A stretch of DNA of 63,135 nt. Origin: a virus (lineage: Duplodnaviria > Caudoviricetes). Every line of letters starts with the position of its first letter. Position 1 is the first letter of the stretch. The stretch lies in IMG/VR virus record IMGVR_UViG_3300045934_000076, positions 1 through 63,135 of that record; one strand, 5' to 3'. A model generated the notes under the pieces. The model searched no databases. It saw nothing but the letters and a program-made list of their open reading frames with translations, and had not been told where the DNA came from. Shown piece after piece: positions 44,769 to 53,281 of this stretch. A program made the position numbers and the translations under genes.

Positions 44769-45242
44769 ATGACCCAATCGGCTCGGGAGAAGATCGGCGG
44801 CTACTCCAACATGGTGGTCGGAGCGACCATCGGGTTGGGTCTGCTGTACTTCATCTGGCACATCTTCGACTGGCGTTTCGCTGTTGCACTCGGTGTCTAC
44901 CTCTTGTACGAGGGGTGGACCCTGATCAACCGCTTTCCCGAGGACACTCTCAGCGAAAGCGTGTGGCGGCTCGCGGCTCGTCCGATGGTGCCGTACCTCT
45001 TCGGGATGGCGATGGGCGCATGGGCCTGCTGGATCTGCGTTCGGCCCATGCTCGGTAGGCCGATCACTCCCGAATCGGTTCTTCAGTTCGGTGGAACGAT
45101 GTTCCTCATGGGCCACTTCTTCTTTCAGGCTCAGCGAGAGAACAAGAAGCTGGTCGTGCAGGACGCTGCTGACGTAGTCGAAGAGACAGTCGGTCGTGAG
45201 GCGGCCGAAAGAGTCAAGACTGCGGCGGCGGTGCAGAAGTGA
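44769..45242 (+). CDS. Multi-pass membrane protein (holin candidate)
   Basis: About four hydrophobic segments and a charged C-terminal tail. Confidence 0.55.
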   Translation: MTQSAREKIGGYSNMVVGATIGLGLLYFIWHIFDWRFAVALGVYLLYEGWTLINRFPEDTLSESVWRLAARPMVPYLFGMAMGAWACWICVRPMLGRPITPESVLQFGGTMFLMGHFFFQAQRENKKLVVQDAADVVEETVGREAAERVKTAAAVQK

Positions 45243-45742
45243 TTCGAGAAGTCGCCGAATGGGCCGCGTCACTCACTGCCGTCGGTATCGGGATTCGGAT
45301 TACTCCGATGATCTGGCGCAACCGAAAGCGGATCGCCGGTGCAATTCGTGGATGGCTGCGCGAAGGAGAACGCTCGGATCCACGGCAGGGCAACGGTTCG
45401 ATTCACGACGGGCTCGAGGAGCTTAAGGGTATCGTGATTCGTCATCACACGACTACGAGTCAGGTGTTGGCCGATCATGGCGCTCGAATCACTTCGGGTG
45501 GAAACCAGATCGACGCTCTTCGTGAGACCGTCGAAGACAATACGAAGAAGCTCGATGCGCTTCACACTCGTGTCGACGTCATGGCAGCAGCCTTCGCGGA
45601 TCACATCCGTGAAGAGGAGCCTCTGAAGGAGAAGTTCGAGAAGATCCTCACCGAGCGCGACGTCGAAGGCGACGGAACTCTCCGAGGACTCGGTCGTCTC
45701 GTGCCTCGTGAGGCAACCATCCAACCGGAAAACAAGGAGTGA
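45239..45742 (+). CDS. Membrane-anchored coiled-coil protein (lysis-associated candidate)
   Basis: N-terminal hydrophobic segment followed by heptad-rich region. Confidence 0.5.
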   Translation: MIREVAEWAASLTAVGIGIRITPMIWRNRKRIAGAIRGWLREGERSDPRQGNGSIHDGLEELKGIVIRHHTTTSQVLADHGARITSGGNQIDALRETVEDNTKKLDALHTRVDVMAAAFADHIREEEPLKEKFEKILTERDVEGDGTLRGLGRLVPREATIQPENKE

Positions 45743-45746
45743 CTTC

Positions 45747-46904
45747 ATGAATCGCAAGCTTCTCTGGATCGGTGACGCGGACGTCGCGTCCGGTTTCGCG
45801 CGTTGCACTCACAAGGTCCTGGACGTCTTGAGGGAGACCTGGGAAGTTCACGTGCTCGGGCTCAACTACGGTGGTGATCCACACGACTGGCCCTATCCCA
45901 TCTATCCGTGTATGCCCGGCGGCGATGGGTTCGGAGTCGGTCGCACGGCCTCGCTGGTCAACGGGTTGAAGCCCGACGTGGTGATCGTTCAGAACGATCC
46001 GTGGAACGTCCCGATGTACCTCAAGAAGATCGGGAACGTACCCTCCATCGCATCAATGCCCGTCGACGGGAAGAACTGCCGTGGGAACTGGCTCAACGGC
46101 CTGACTCACGCGATCTTCTGGACCGAGTTCGGTCGCAAGGAAGCTCAGCTCGGAGGATACTCCGGAGACTCCTCGGTGGTCCCACTCGGTGTCGACTTGG
46201 AGGTCTATCGTCGGCAGTATGATCCACTCGAGGCTCGGAAGATGGGTCGTCTGCCGGAGTACACCCACGAAGCGTACATCGTTGGGAACGTCAACCGCAA
46301 TCAGCCGCGGAAGCGACTCGACTTGACGGTTGCGTACTTCGCCGAGTGGGTGAAGGCCTTCGACGTGAGGGATGCGTTCTTGTTCCTTCACGTGGCCCCG
46401 ACCGGCGATCAGGGCTACGATGTGTCACAGCTCATGAAGTACTATGGGCTCTCGAACAGGCTCATCCTCGCGGAACCGGAGATCGGCCTGGGGATCAGCG
46501 AGAGCGGTCTCAACATGACCTACTCGTGCTTCGATGTGCAGATCAGCACGACCCAGGGCGAGGGATGGGGTTTGACCCACATGGAGGGGATGGCCTGCCG
46601 TGTGCCGCAGATCGTGCCCGACTGGGCTGCTCTCGGTGAATGGCCCGGTGACACCGTCGTGAAGGTGCCGTGTTCGGAGATCTGTGTGACTCCGAACCAC
46701 ATCAACGCGATCGGTGGCATCGCTGATCGCGGTGAGTTCATCAAGGCTCTCGATCTGGTCTATCGTGACCAGAACCTTCGTCGGTCTTTGGCCGCGAGAG
46801 GACGTGAGCTGGTCGTTCAGCCGCAGTTCCGGTGGCGCGCTATCGGGGAGCGCTTCCGAGAGGTTATCGACGAGGCTCTGTCTCCTGCGAGGATCGCTTG
46901 CTGA
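45747..46904 (+). CDS. GT4-family glycosyltransferase
   Basis: SGFAR, NRNQPRKR, GEGWGLTHMEGMAC. Confidence 0.9.
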   Translation: MNRKLLWIGDADVASGFARCTHKVLDVLRETWEVHVLGLNYGGDPHDWPYPIYPCMPGGDGFGVGRTASLVNGLKPDVVIVQNDPWNVPMYLKKIGNVPSIASMPVDGKNCRGNWLNGLTHAIFWTEFGRKEAQLGGYSGDSSVVPLGVDLEVYRRQYDPLEARKMGRLPEYTHEAYIVGNVNRNQPRKRLDLTVAYFAEWVKAFDVRDAFLFLHVAPTGDQGYDVSQLMKYYGLSNRLILAEPEIGLGISESGLNMTYSCFDVQISTTQGEGWGLTHMEGMACRVPQIVPDWAALGEWPGDTVVKVPCSEICVTPNHINAIGGIADRGEFIKALDLVYRDQNLRRSLAARGRELVVQPQFRWRAIGERFREVIDEALSPARIAC

Positions 46905-47266
46905 AGGTGACCTTCAAGGGCCAGAAGGAGATGTCCGACAAGATCAAGAAGATCGCTCGCGACTATCCCCTCAAGGTCAAGGCTGTTCTGGTCTTGAAGG
47001 CCGAGCTCAAGATGACCGTCATCAAGGACGACTACGTTCCAGTGAGGGATGGTATCCTTCGTGGAACCGGGATGGTCACTCCCATCCCTGGTCGTGTTGC
47101 CGTCATGATGTCTTTCGGAGGCTCGGCTGCACTCTACGCTGAGGACCAGCACGAGAATACGACCTATCACCACACTCATGGCGGGCCGTTCTACCTCAAG
47201 CGCGGAATCGAAGAGATGGCTGCGACGCTGCTGTCCGACATCGCCCGTGAAGCGAGGCTTGAGTAA
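46898..47266 (+). CDS. Neck / tail completion protein (HK97 gp10-like)
   Basis: VPVRDGILRGTG, YAEDQHE, FYLKR. Confidence 0.7.
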   Translation: MLKVTFKGQKEMSDKIKKIARDYPLKVKAVLVLKAELKMTVIKDDYVPVRDGILRGTGMVTPIPGRVAVMMSFGGSAALYAEDQHENTTYHHTHGGPFYLKRGIEEMAATLLSDIAREARLE

Positions 47267-47670
47267 TGGCGACTTGGTACAGAGAGCTCTCGCCGATTCA
47301 GCCCCCGATCGGCATCGCGTCGGACGAGAACAATCGGGCACAGATCGTGTTCAATGTGCAAGCCGTCAAGGAGCCTTCACTCACGTTTCTCGAGGAACTC
47401 GTCAAGCTCCTCGTGACCGCAGCCGTCGGAGTCTTCAACACGAACATCTTCGCCGGAACGATGGCTCAAATCCCAGCCGAAGGAGGGCCGTATCTTCAGC
47501 TCATCGAGAACGGAGGAGGTCCACCTCTTCGCATTCAGAATGATCTGTCAGGATACGATCGTCCTACTGCTCAGGTCAGAGTCGTAGCGCCGAACTACGT
47601 TGATGCTCGGTTGATGGCACGAAATGCCTACGTTGCGTTGAACATCCGGAACCAGTCGGTCACGCCGTAA
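47266..47670 (+). CDS. Tail terminator-like protein
   Basis: Position; NGGGPP...DRPTAQVRV. Confidence 0.6.
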   Translation: MATWYRELSPIQPPIGIASDENNRAQIVFNVQAVKEPSLTFLEELVKLLVTAAVGVFNTNIFAGTMAQIPAEGGPYLQLIENGGGPPLRIQNDLSGYDRPTAQVRVVAPNYVDARLMARNAYVALNIRNQSVTP

Positions 47671-47687
47671 GAAGAGGAGGAGAATAG

Positions 47688-48110
47688 ATGGGCAATCAGG
47701 CAATCTCGGCGCACGGGACGTTGCTCGCTCGCGCGCCCGCCGCAACTCCGACCACGTTCTCGACGATCGGGGAGCTGCGTGATCTCACGCCGTCGCCGCT
47801 GACGCGCAACGCGATCGAGACGACCGCTCAGGACGACGACTACGACACGTTCGTGGTCGGCATCAAGCGTCGCGGTGAGTACACGTTCACGATCGGCTTC
47901 AAGCCCACGTTGGGCACGCACGATCACCTCACCGGTCTCACGAAGGCGTGGATCGACGGGACCAAGGACGGATACCGCACCACGTTCCCGGACGGGTCGC
48001 AGTGGCTCATGAGCGGGTACGTGATCAACATCGGTCCGTCGGCTCCGGTCGACGACGGTCTGGTGGCCGACGTCACGATCCGACCGACGGGGCCGCAGTA
48101 CTTCAGCTGA
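47688..48110 (+). CDS. Major tail tube protein
   Basis: AHGT, IETT, FVVGIKRRGE, TFPDGS...SGYV, TIRPTG. Confidence 0.85.
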   Translation: MGNQAISAHGTLLARAPAATPTTFSTIGELRDLTPSPLTRNAIETTAQDDDYDTFVVGIKRRGEYTFTIGFKPTLGTHDHLTGLTKAWIDGTKDGYRTTFPDGSQWLMSGYVINIGPSAPVDDGLVADVTIRPTGPQYFS

Positions 48111-48140
48111 TCAACCTGATCAGCAGCTAGGAGATGGGTC

Positions 48141-48497
48141 ATGGCGAAGAACGAGCAGACCAAGAAGCTGCTCAGCGCGGCGGAGTTCCTCGACACGAAG
48201 GACGACGAGTTCGAGGACGTCTACCTCCCCGCGTTCAAGGGATGCGTGCGCATCCGCAGCATCTCCGGACTGGAGGCGGCGAACTTCATCGACGCCGACA
48301 CCAAGAAGCGCTCGGAATCGATCGCTCGTGCCGTCGTGATGTCGGCGATCGACGAGAAGGGTGAGCCGATCTTCACCCTCGAGGACATCGAGCGTATCAA
48401 GCGCAAGAGCTACAAGACCCTCATGATCCTCCAGGACGCCGTGATCCGTGTGAACGGTCTCACGAAGGAGTCGCGCGAGGCGTCAAAAAACGACTGA
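48141..48497 (+). CDS. Tail assembly chaperone (gpG-like)
   Basis: Between tube and tape measure genes; ends in a slippery site. Confidence 0.8.
   Translation: MAKNEQTKKLLSAAEFLDTKDDEFEDVYLPAFKGCVRIRSISGLEAANFIDADTKKRSESIARAVVMSAIDEKGEPIFTLEDIERIKRKSYKTLMILQDAVIRVNGLTKESREASKND
48485..48491 (+). other. Programmed -1 frameshift heptamer A AAA AAC
   Basis: In-frame X XXY YYZ; the -1 frame is open into ORF 48536..48856. Confidence 0.85.
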
Positions 48498-48856
48498 GGC
48501 GGGGCAGCGCGTTTCGATTCGCGCATCGCCTCGCCTTGAATCTTGGGGTTCCGGATGTCGACGGGATGCTGCGGTCGATGAGACCGCAGCAGCTCATCGA
48601 TTGGATGGTGTTCGAGGAGCTTGAGCCATTCGGGGACCAAAAGATGGCGGACATGTTCGGGTCGGTCGTGCAAGTAATCGCGAACGTCAACCGTGACAAG
48701 AAGAAGCGGCCGCAGATCTATGAGCTCGAGGACTGCAAGCTCTACTTCGGAGATGCGGAGAAGCCCAAGCCAAAGGTCATGCCGTGGCAGCAGATGAAGG
48801 CTTACGCTCAAGCCATCGCCGAGTCGCATAACGCGAGAATCAGAGGAGCTGCCTAG
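48488..48856 (+). CDS. Tail assembly chaperone frameshift extension (gpT-like)
   Basis: -1 frame relative to gpG; WMVFEELEPFG motif. Confidence 0.75.
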   Translation, partial: KRLRRGSAFRFAHRLALNLGVPDVDGMLRSMRPQQLIDWMVFEELEPFGDQKMADMFGSVVQVIANVNRDKKKRPQIYELEDCKLYFGDAEKPKPKVMPWQQMKAYAQAIAESHNARIRGAA

Positions 48857-51601
48857 ATGCCTTTGAACGTCGGTTCTGTTCAAGGCGAGATCGATCTCCA
48901 GGATTCGTTCTCCGGGAAGATGAACCAGATCGGCAGCAGTCTGCAAGCCGGGATTGGCATTGCCCTCGGCGAACGGATTGTCAACATGGCCGAGGCCGCT
49001 GGCGCGGCCATCTTGGGCTTCGCAGACAACCTCATGAACATGGCCGATGAGGTCACGAACACCTCAGCGGCCTTCGGCGCGAGCACAGAAGCTCTGCAGG
49101 AGTTCGGCGTTGCTGGAGCTGCCGTCGGTGTCAGTGGTGAGCAGATCGCCACAGGTCTTCGAAAGCTCCAGACGGGTCTGTCCGACGGAAACAAGGAGGT
49201 CGAGAACGCGGTCAAGTTCCTTGGGCTGAGCACTCAACAGCTCAAGGACATGAAGCCTGAAGAGCAACTCCAGACCATCCTTGAAGCGACTTCGAAGATC
49301 CCTAACGAGATGGACCGAACTGCCGTTGCCACCGAGCTCCTCGGCAGAGCAGGAGCCAAGCTCGTTCCTCTCGGCGCAAATCTGCAAGAGACAATGGACC
49401 GGGCGAAGGAGCTCGGCATCGTCATGTCCGCCGACACCATCAAAGCCGCCGATGACCTCGGTGATGAGATGGGTCTGCTCGGCATGACGTTCGGTGGCCT
49501 CAAGAACAACATCGCCTCTGTGATCGTGGAGTCTGAACCACTCCACGTTCTCATCGAGGGACTCACCGACATCTTCGGTGAGTTGTCCGTCTGGGTGCAG
49601 GAGAACAAGGAACAGCTTCAGACTCTCGTTGATGCTGGAATCGTGTTCTTCGCTAATGCCCTGGTGAACGCCATCGATGTTGTCGAAGTGGGGATGGCTA
49701 TCTTCAAGGCCCTCGCGGACATCTGGACGACTCTCACCACGGGAGCGAAGATTCTCGGCAACATCATCGCGTCACTGTTCGAAGCTTTCGCTCATCCGGG
49801 TGACATCTTCAACATCTGGGACCGGCTCAAGCAGTCAACAACGGATGCCATCAATGAGGCCAGCGACGCGTTCCGTGAGCATCAGGAGGTGCTCGACAAG
49901 GGAGTTGGCATCGCTGAGACCGTCAAGGGCAAGTTCGAGAATCTGTCCAAGGAGGTTGAGAACTCCGTCGGTAAGCACCATGCTGCCGCCGAAGCGGGCA
50001 AGAAGCACAGCGACTCTCTGTTCAAGAGCGCTGCCGCTGCTGACGCGTTCAAGAAGTCTGCAGAGGAAGCTTTCAAGAAGAGCACTGAAGAGCTGAGTGC
50101 TTTCAACCAAGAGCTCGACGAGTTCCATCATCTCCTTGGACCGACGGTCCTGGATGCGAACGCCAAGCTCGGTCAATTGGTCGCTGTCACTGGTGAGCTC
50201 GGTGGTGTCACGAAGCTCTCGACGAATCAACTCGAGACTTTGCGAGACGAACTCATCAAGCAGATCCAACTCGGCGGAGAAAGCAAGGATGCATACATGC
50301 TCCTTGCGAAAGCTCTGTCGGAGCTCGGTGTTCGTGCGATCTCTGCGACCGGTGAACTTGCGAAGCTCCCGCACGCGATGGGCACCACGTTCGGGAAGAT
50401 GTTCAACGACGACATCTCGAAGGCCTTCAAGGGTCTTCCCGATGTCATCCTCCAAACCATCCAAGGCGGCGGCAACATCTTCGACGCAGTTGGAAGCGCG
50501 ATCGGCAAGGAAATCTTCGGACCAGACGCTGCCCTGTGGGGCGAAATCACGACGTTCTTCGGGGATCACTTCGGGGTCGCAGTCGCGGAGGCTGTCGGGA
50601 GTGTTCTGCCGGGAATCGGCGCCCTCCTCGGACCCGCCCTCAAGGGCCTGGGCTCTCTGATCGGTGGCCTCTTCCACGACGAAGAGGAGGACGTCAACGA
50701 TCTCCGTGACGCGTTCCTGGACACGTTTGGTGGATGGGAAAACCTCCATCAATCGCTGGCCCAAGCGGGTCACGAAGAGCTCATGAAGAAGATCTTCGAC
50801 GCGGACACTGTCCAAGAGTGGCAGGCCGCAGTCGAGGAGGTGAACAGCATCTTCGACACGCAGAAGCAGGCTCAAGAGGCTCTCAACGCTGCGGTCGAGA
50901 AGTACGGATTCACCATCGAGGAGCTCGGTCCGAAGTTCCAACAGCAACAGCTTCTTGAGCAGGCTCAACAGCTCTTCTCTGAATTCCAGCTCCTGACCGC
51001 ATCCGGCATCGATGTCAACACTGTCATCGAGCGGATGGGTCCGGCGATGAATGACTTCCTCCATCAGGCGATGGCGACTGGGCAGGCTCTGCCCGAAGCC
51101 ATGCGTCCGATGGTGGATCAGTTCATCGAGTCGGGTCAGCTCATCGATGAGAACGGCGACGCGTTCAAGTCAGCAGAGGATGCTGGCATCACGTTCAGTG
51201 AGACGCTCGATCAACAGTTCGCCAAGCTCATCGATCGTCTGAACGAGTTCATCGATGCGCTGATGGGAGTCGGCAGCGCACACATCCCGCCGATCAACGT
51301 TCCTATCCAGTTCAACGGTGAAGGCGAGTTCGAGACGGGGCACGGCATCCGCTTCGAGCCGTTCGCAAAGGGCGGAGTCGTTACGCGACCCACGCTTGGC
51401 CTCGTTGGCGAGAGGGGTCCTGAGGTCATCCAGCCTCTCGACGAAGTGCGCAAGGATCGACAGCGGACCATCGCTGAGATGCGGGCACTCATGAAGGAAG
51501 TCCGCAATGCTGGCACGGGTGGACCCGTCAGCGTGTTCATCGGAGGAGAGAAGCTCGACGGCGTGCTCAATCGGCGCAAGCGCGCTGGGATGCTGGAGTA
51601 G
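48857..51601 (+). CDS. Tape measure protein
   Basis: 914 aa, Ala/Gly-rich helical; C-terminal FAKGGVVTRPT...GERGPE. Confidence 0.92.
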   Translation: MPLNVGSVQGEIDLQDSFSGKMNQIGSSLQAGIGIALGERIVNMAEAAGAAILGFADNLMNMADEVTNTSAAFGASTEALQEFGVAGAAVGVSGEQIATGLRKLQTGLSDGNKEVENAVKFLGLSTQQLKDMKPEEQLQTILEATSKIPNEMDRTAVATELLGRAGAKLVPLGANLQETMDRAKELGIVMSADTIKAADDLGDEMGLLGMTFGGLKNNIASVIVESEPLHVLIEGLTDIFGELSVWVQENKEQLQTLVDAGIVFFANALVNAIDVVEVGMAIFKALADIWTTLTTGAKILGNIIASLFEAFAHPGDIFNIWDRLKQSTTDAINEASDAFREHQEVLDKGVGIAETVKGKFENLSKEVENSVGKHHAAAEAGKKHSDSLFKSAAAADAFKKSAEEAFKKSTEELSAFNQELDEFHHLLGPTVLDANAKLGQLVAVTGELGGVTKLSTNQLETLRDELIKQIQLGGESKDAYMLLAKALSELGVRAISATGELAKLPHAMGTTFGKMFNDDISKAFKGLPDVILQTIQGGGNIFDAVGSAIGKEIFGPDAALWGEITTFFGDHFGVAVAEAVGSVLPGIGALLGPALKGLGSLIGGLFHDEEEDVNDLRDAFLDTFGGWENLHQSLAQAGHEELMKKIFDADTVQEWQAAVEEVNSIFDTQKQAQEALNAAVEKYGFTIEELGPKFQQQQLLEQAQQLFSEFQLLTASGIDVNTVIERMGPAMNDFLHQAMATGQALPEAMRPMVDQFIESGQLIDENGDAFKSAEDAGITFSETLDQQFAKLIDRLNEFIDALMGVGSAHIPPINVPIQFNGEGEFETGHGIRFEPFAKGGVVTRPTLGLVGERGPEVIQPLDEVRKDRQRTIAEMRALMKEVRNAGTGGPVSVFIGGEKLDGVLNRRKRAGMLE

Positions 51602-51604
51602 ATC

Positions 51605-53281
51605 ATGGCTCTGCCGAAGATCTTCCGTACGAATCTGGTGACGGTGGCAGGAGCTCTGCTCACTCCGTCATCGGAAGAACCGGGCATGACCAGAGAGGCT
51701 CTCTTCCGGATCGGTGTGACCGACGCCATCCAGTGGCTCTTCGGATACGATGTTCGCACAGGAGAGAACGACCGAATCGACTTCAATCGTGGCGGCGTCA
51801 AGGTCGCTACGATCGCTCAAGCTCACTATGCGACGTTCTCGGCCTACGCCACGGCTGTCGTAGCAGCGATGAATGCTGCCGATGCTCAGGCGTGGAGCGT
51901 GACCAGGAGTGTTACGACAGGCATCGTGAGCTTCAGCGCAGGAGTATCGTTCAGTCTCCTGTTCAACACGGGAGCGAACTTCGCCAGATCGGCTCACAGG
52001 GACCTCGGGTTCTTGGACATCGATCGGGCCTCTTCTGCGCTTCACGTCAGCAACAAAGCTTCGTGGCAGAGCCGTCGTTCAATCAACCTTGACGCTGGCC
52101 TCACGGCGACACTCGACGAGTTCGTGATCACTTCCGGCTTCAACGACAAGCTGGACGTTGGAAGCTATCGAGCCGGCATCACGTCGTCTTCGGTTGCAAA
52201 TCCAACAACCATCACGACTTCGTCTCCACATAACCTGACGAACGGTGATCGGGTCAGGATCAGTGATCACACGGGCAGCACTCCCGATATCAACGGTTCG
52301 TGGATCGCTACGGTGACAGGGGCCAGCACATTCACCATCCCCGTCAACGTCACCGTGGGTGGATCGAACGGAGCAGTCTACAAGCACATCTCGATCACGA
52401 TCCCTGCCGATACTTACTCCGGGTCAACGCTCGCTGCGAAAGCGGCAGAACTGCTGGCGACTGCTGATCCAACGATGGGCTGGATGGTCGAGTTCGGTAG
52501 CAACATCTTCGGATTCGCGACTCCTGGCCTGACTCCTCATGTGCTGTTGACTGGCACGGGTGTGAACGTAGCGACGTCAACATGGGGTACGATGGGCTTC
52601 TTCACAGGTTCGGATTCAACTGCGTTCACCTCACACAGCTCCGACTTCGAGGTCTCAGGATCAGCTCTGCCAAATGCGAATTTCGGGTACATTCTCGGGC
52701 ATGATCTGTCCGAGCAGGGGACTGCGAAGCTTCAGGGGAGTGCTTCCACTTTGGTCGGCGTAGGTCTGCTCGCAACGACTCCTTCGCTCAACGTCACGCT
52801 TGACCCGGATCCTAGCGAGAGATCCGATATCCGTCTCAAGGAGTTCAACCAAGTAGGATTTAGATTCTGGCGTTTGATCTTGGAAGACGTCCAGAACGAC
52901 GCAGGATTTCTGTCACTCGGGAAGTGGTTCGTTGGCAATGGTCAGTTCCTCACGGGTATCGCGATGGGTGTATCCGATACCCGCGATGAGTTGACCACCA
53001 TCGCGTATGCTGTGGAAGGAGCCCATTCGGCTGTCGATCGTGAGACGCGTCGAGTACTGAGCGTGACCATCCATCGCATCACAGATGCTGACAAGCTCGT
53101 GCTCGAGAGCTTCGCCAAGGAAGTCAAGATCGGTGGGCCGTTCCTGTTCGTTCAGGATTCCAACGACATCTACTCCGGGCGATACGTCTTCATGAACGAG
53201 GGGTTCAGCTTCGAGACTGTCGAGGACTCAAGACCCGTCCTCTGGGAAGCCAGCGTCTCTCTTCTTGAGGTGATCGGCTGA
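51605..53281 (+). CDS. Distal tail-like protein with inserted beta modules
   Basis: Follows tape measure; FRFWRL...LGKWFVG; E1-FCCH-like module. Confidence 0.7.
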   Translation: MALPKIFRTNLVTVAGALLTPSSEEPGMTREALFRIGVTDAIQWLFGYDVRTGENDRIDFNRGGVKVATIAQAHYATFSAYATAVVAAMNAADAQAWSVTRSVTTGIVSFSAGVSFSLLFNTGANFARSAHRDLGFLDIDRASSALHVSNKASWQSRRSINLDAGLTATLDEFVITSGFNDKLDVGSYRAGITSSSVANPTTITTSSPHNLTNGDRVRISDHTGSTPDINGSWIATVTGASTFTIPVNVTVGGSNGAVYKHISITIPADTYSGSTLAAKAAELLATADPTMGWMVEFGSNIFGFATPGLTPHVLLTGTGVNVATSTWGTMGFFTGSDSTAFTSHSSDFEVSGSALPNANFGYILGHDLSEQGTAKLQGSASTLVGVGLLATTPSLNVTLDPDPSERSDIRLKEFNQVGFRFWRLILEDVQNDAGFLSLGKWFVGNGQFLTGIAMGVSDTRDELTTIAYAVEGAHSAVDRETRRVLSVTIHRITDADKLVLESFAKEVKIGGPFLFVQDSNDIYSGRYVFMNEGFSFETVEDSRPVLWEASVSLLEVIG

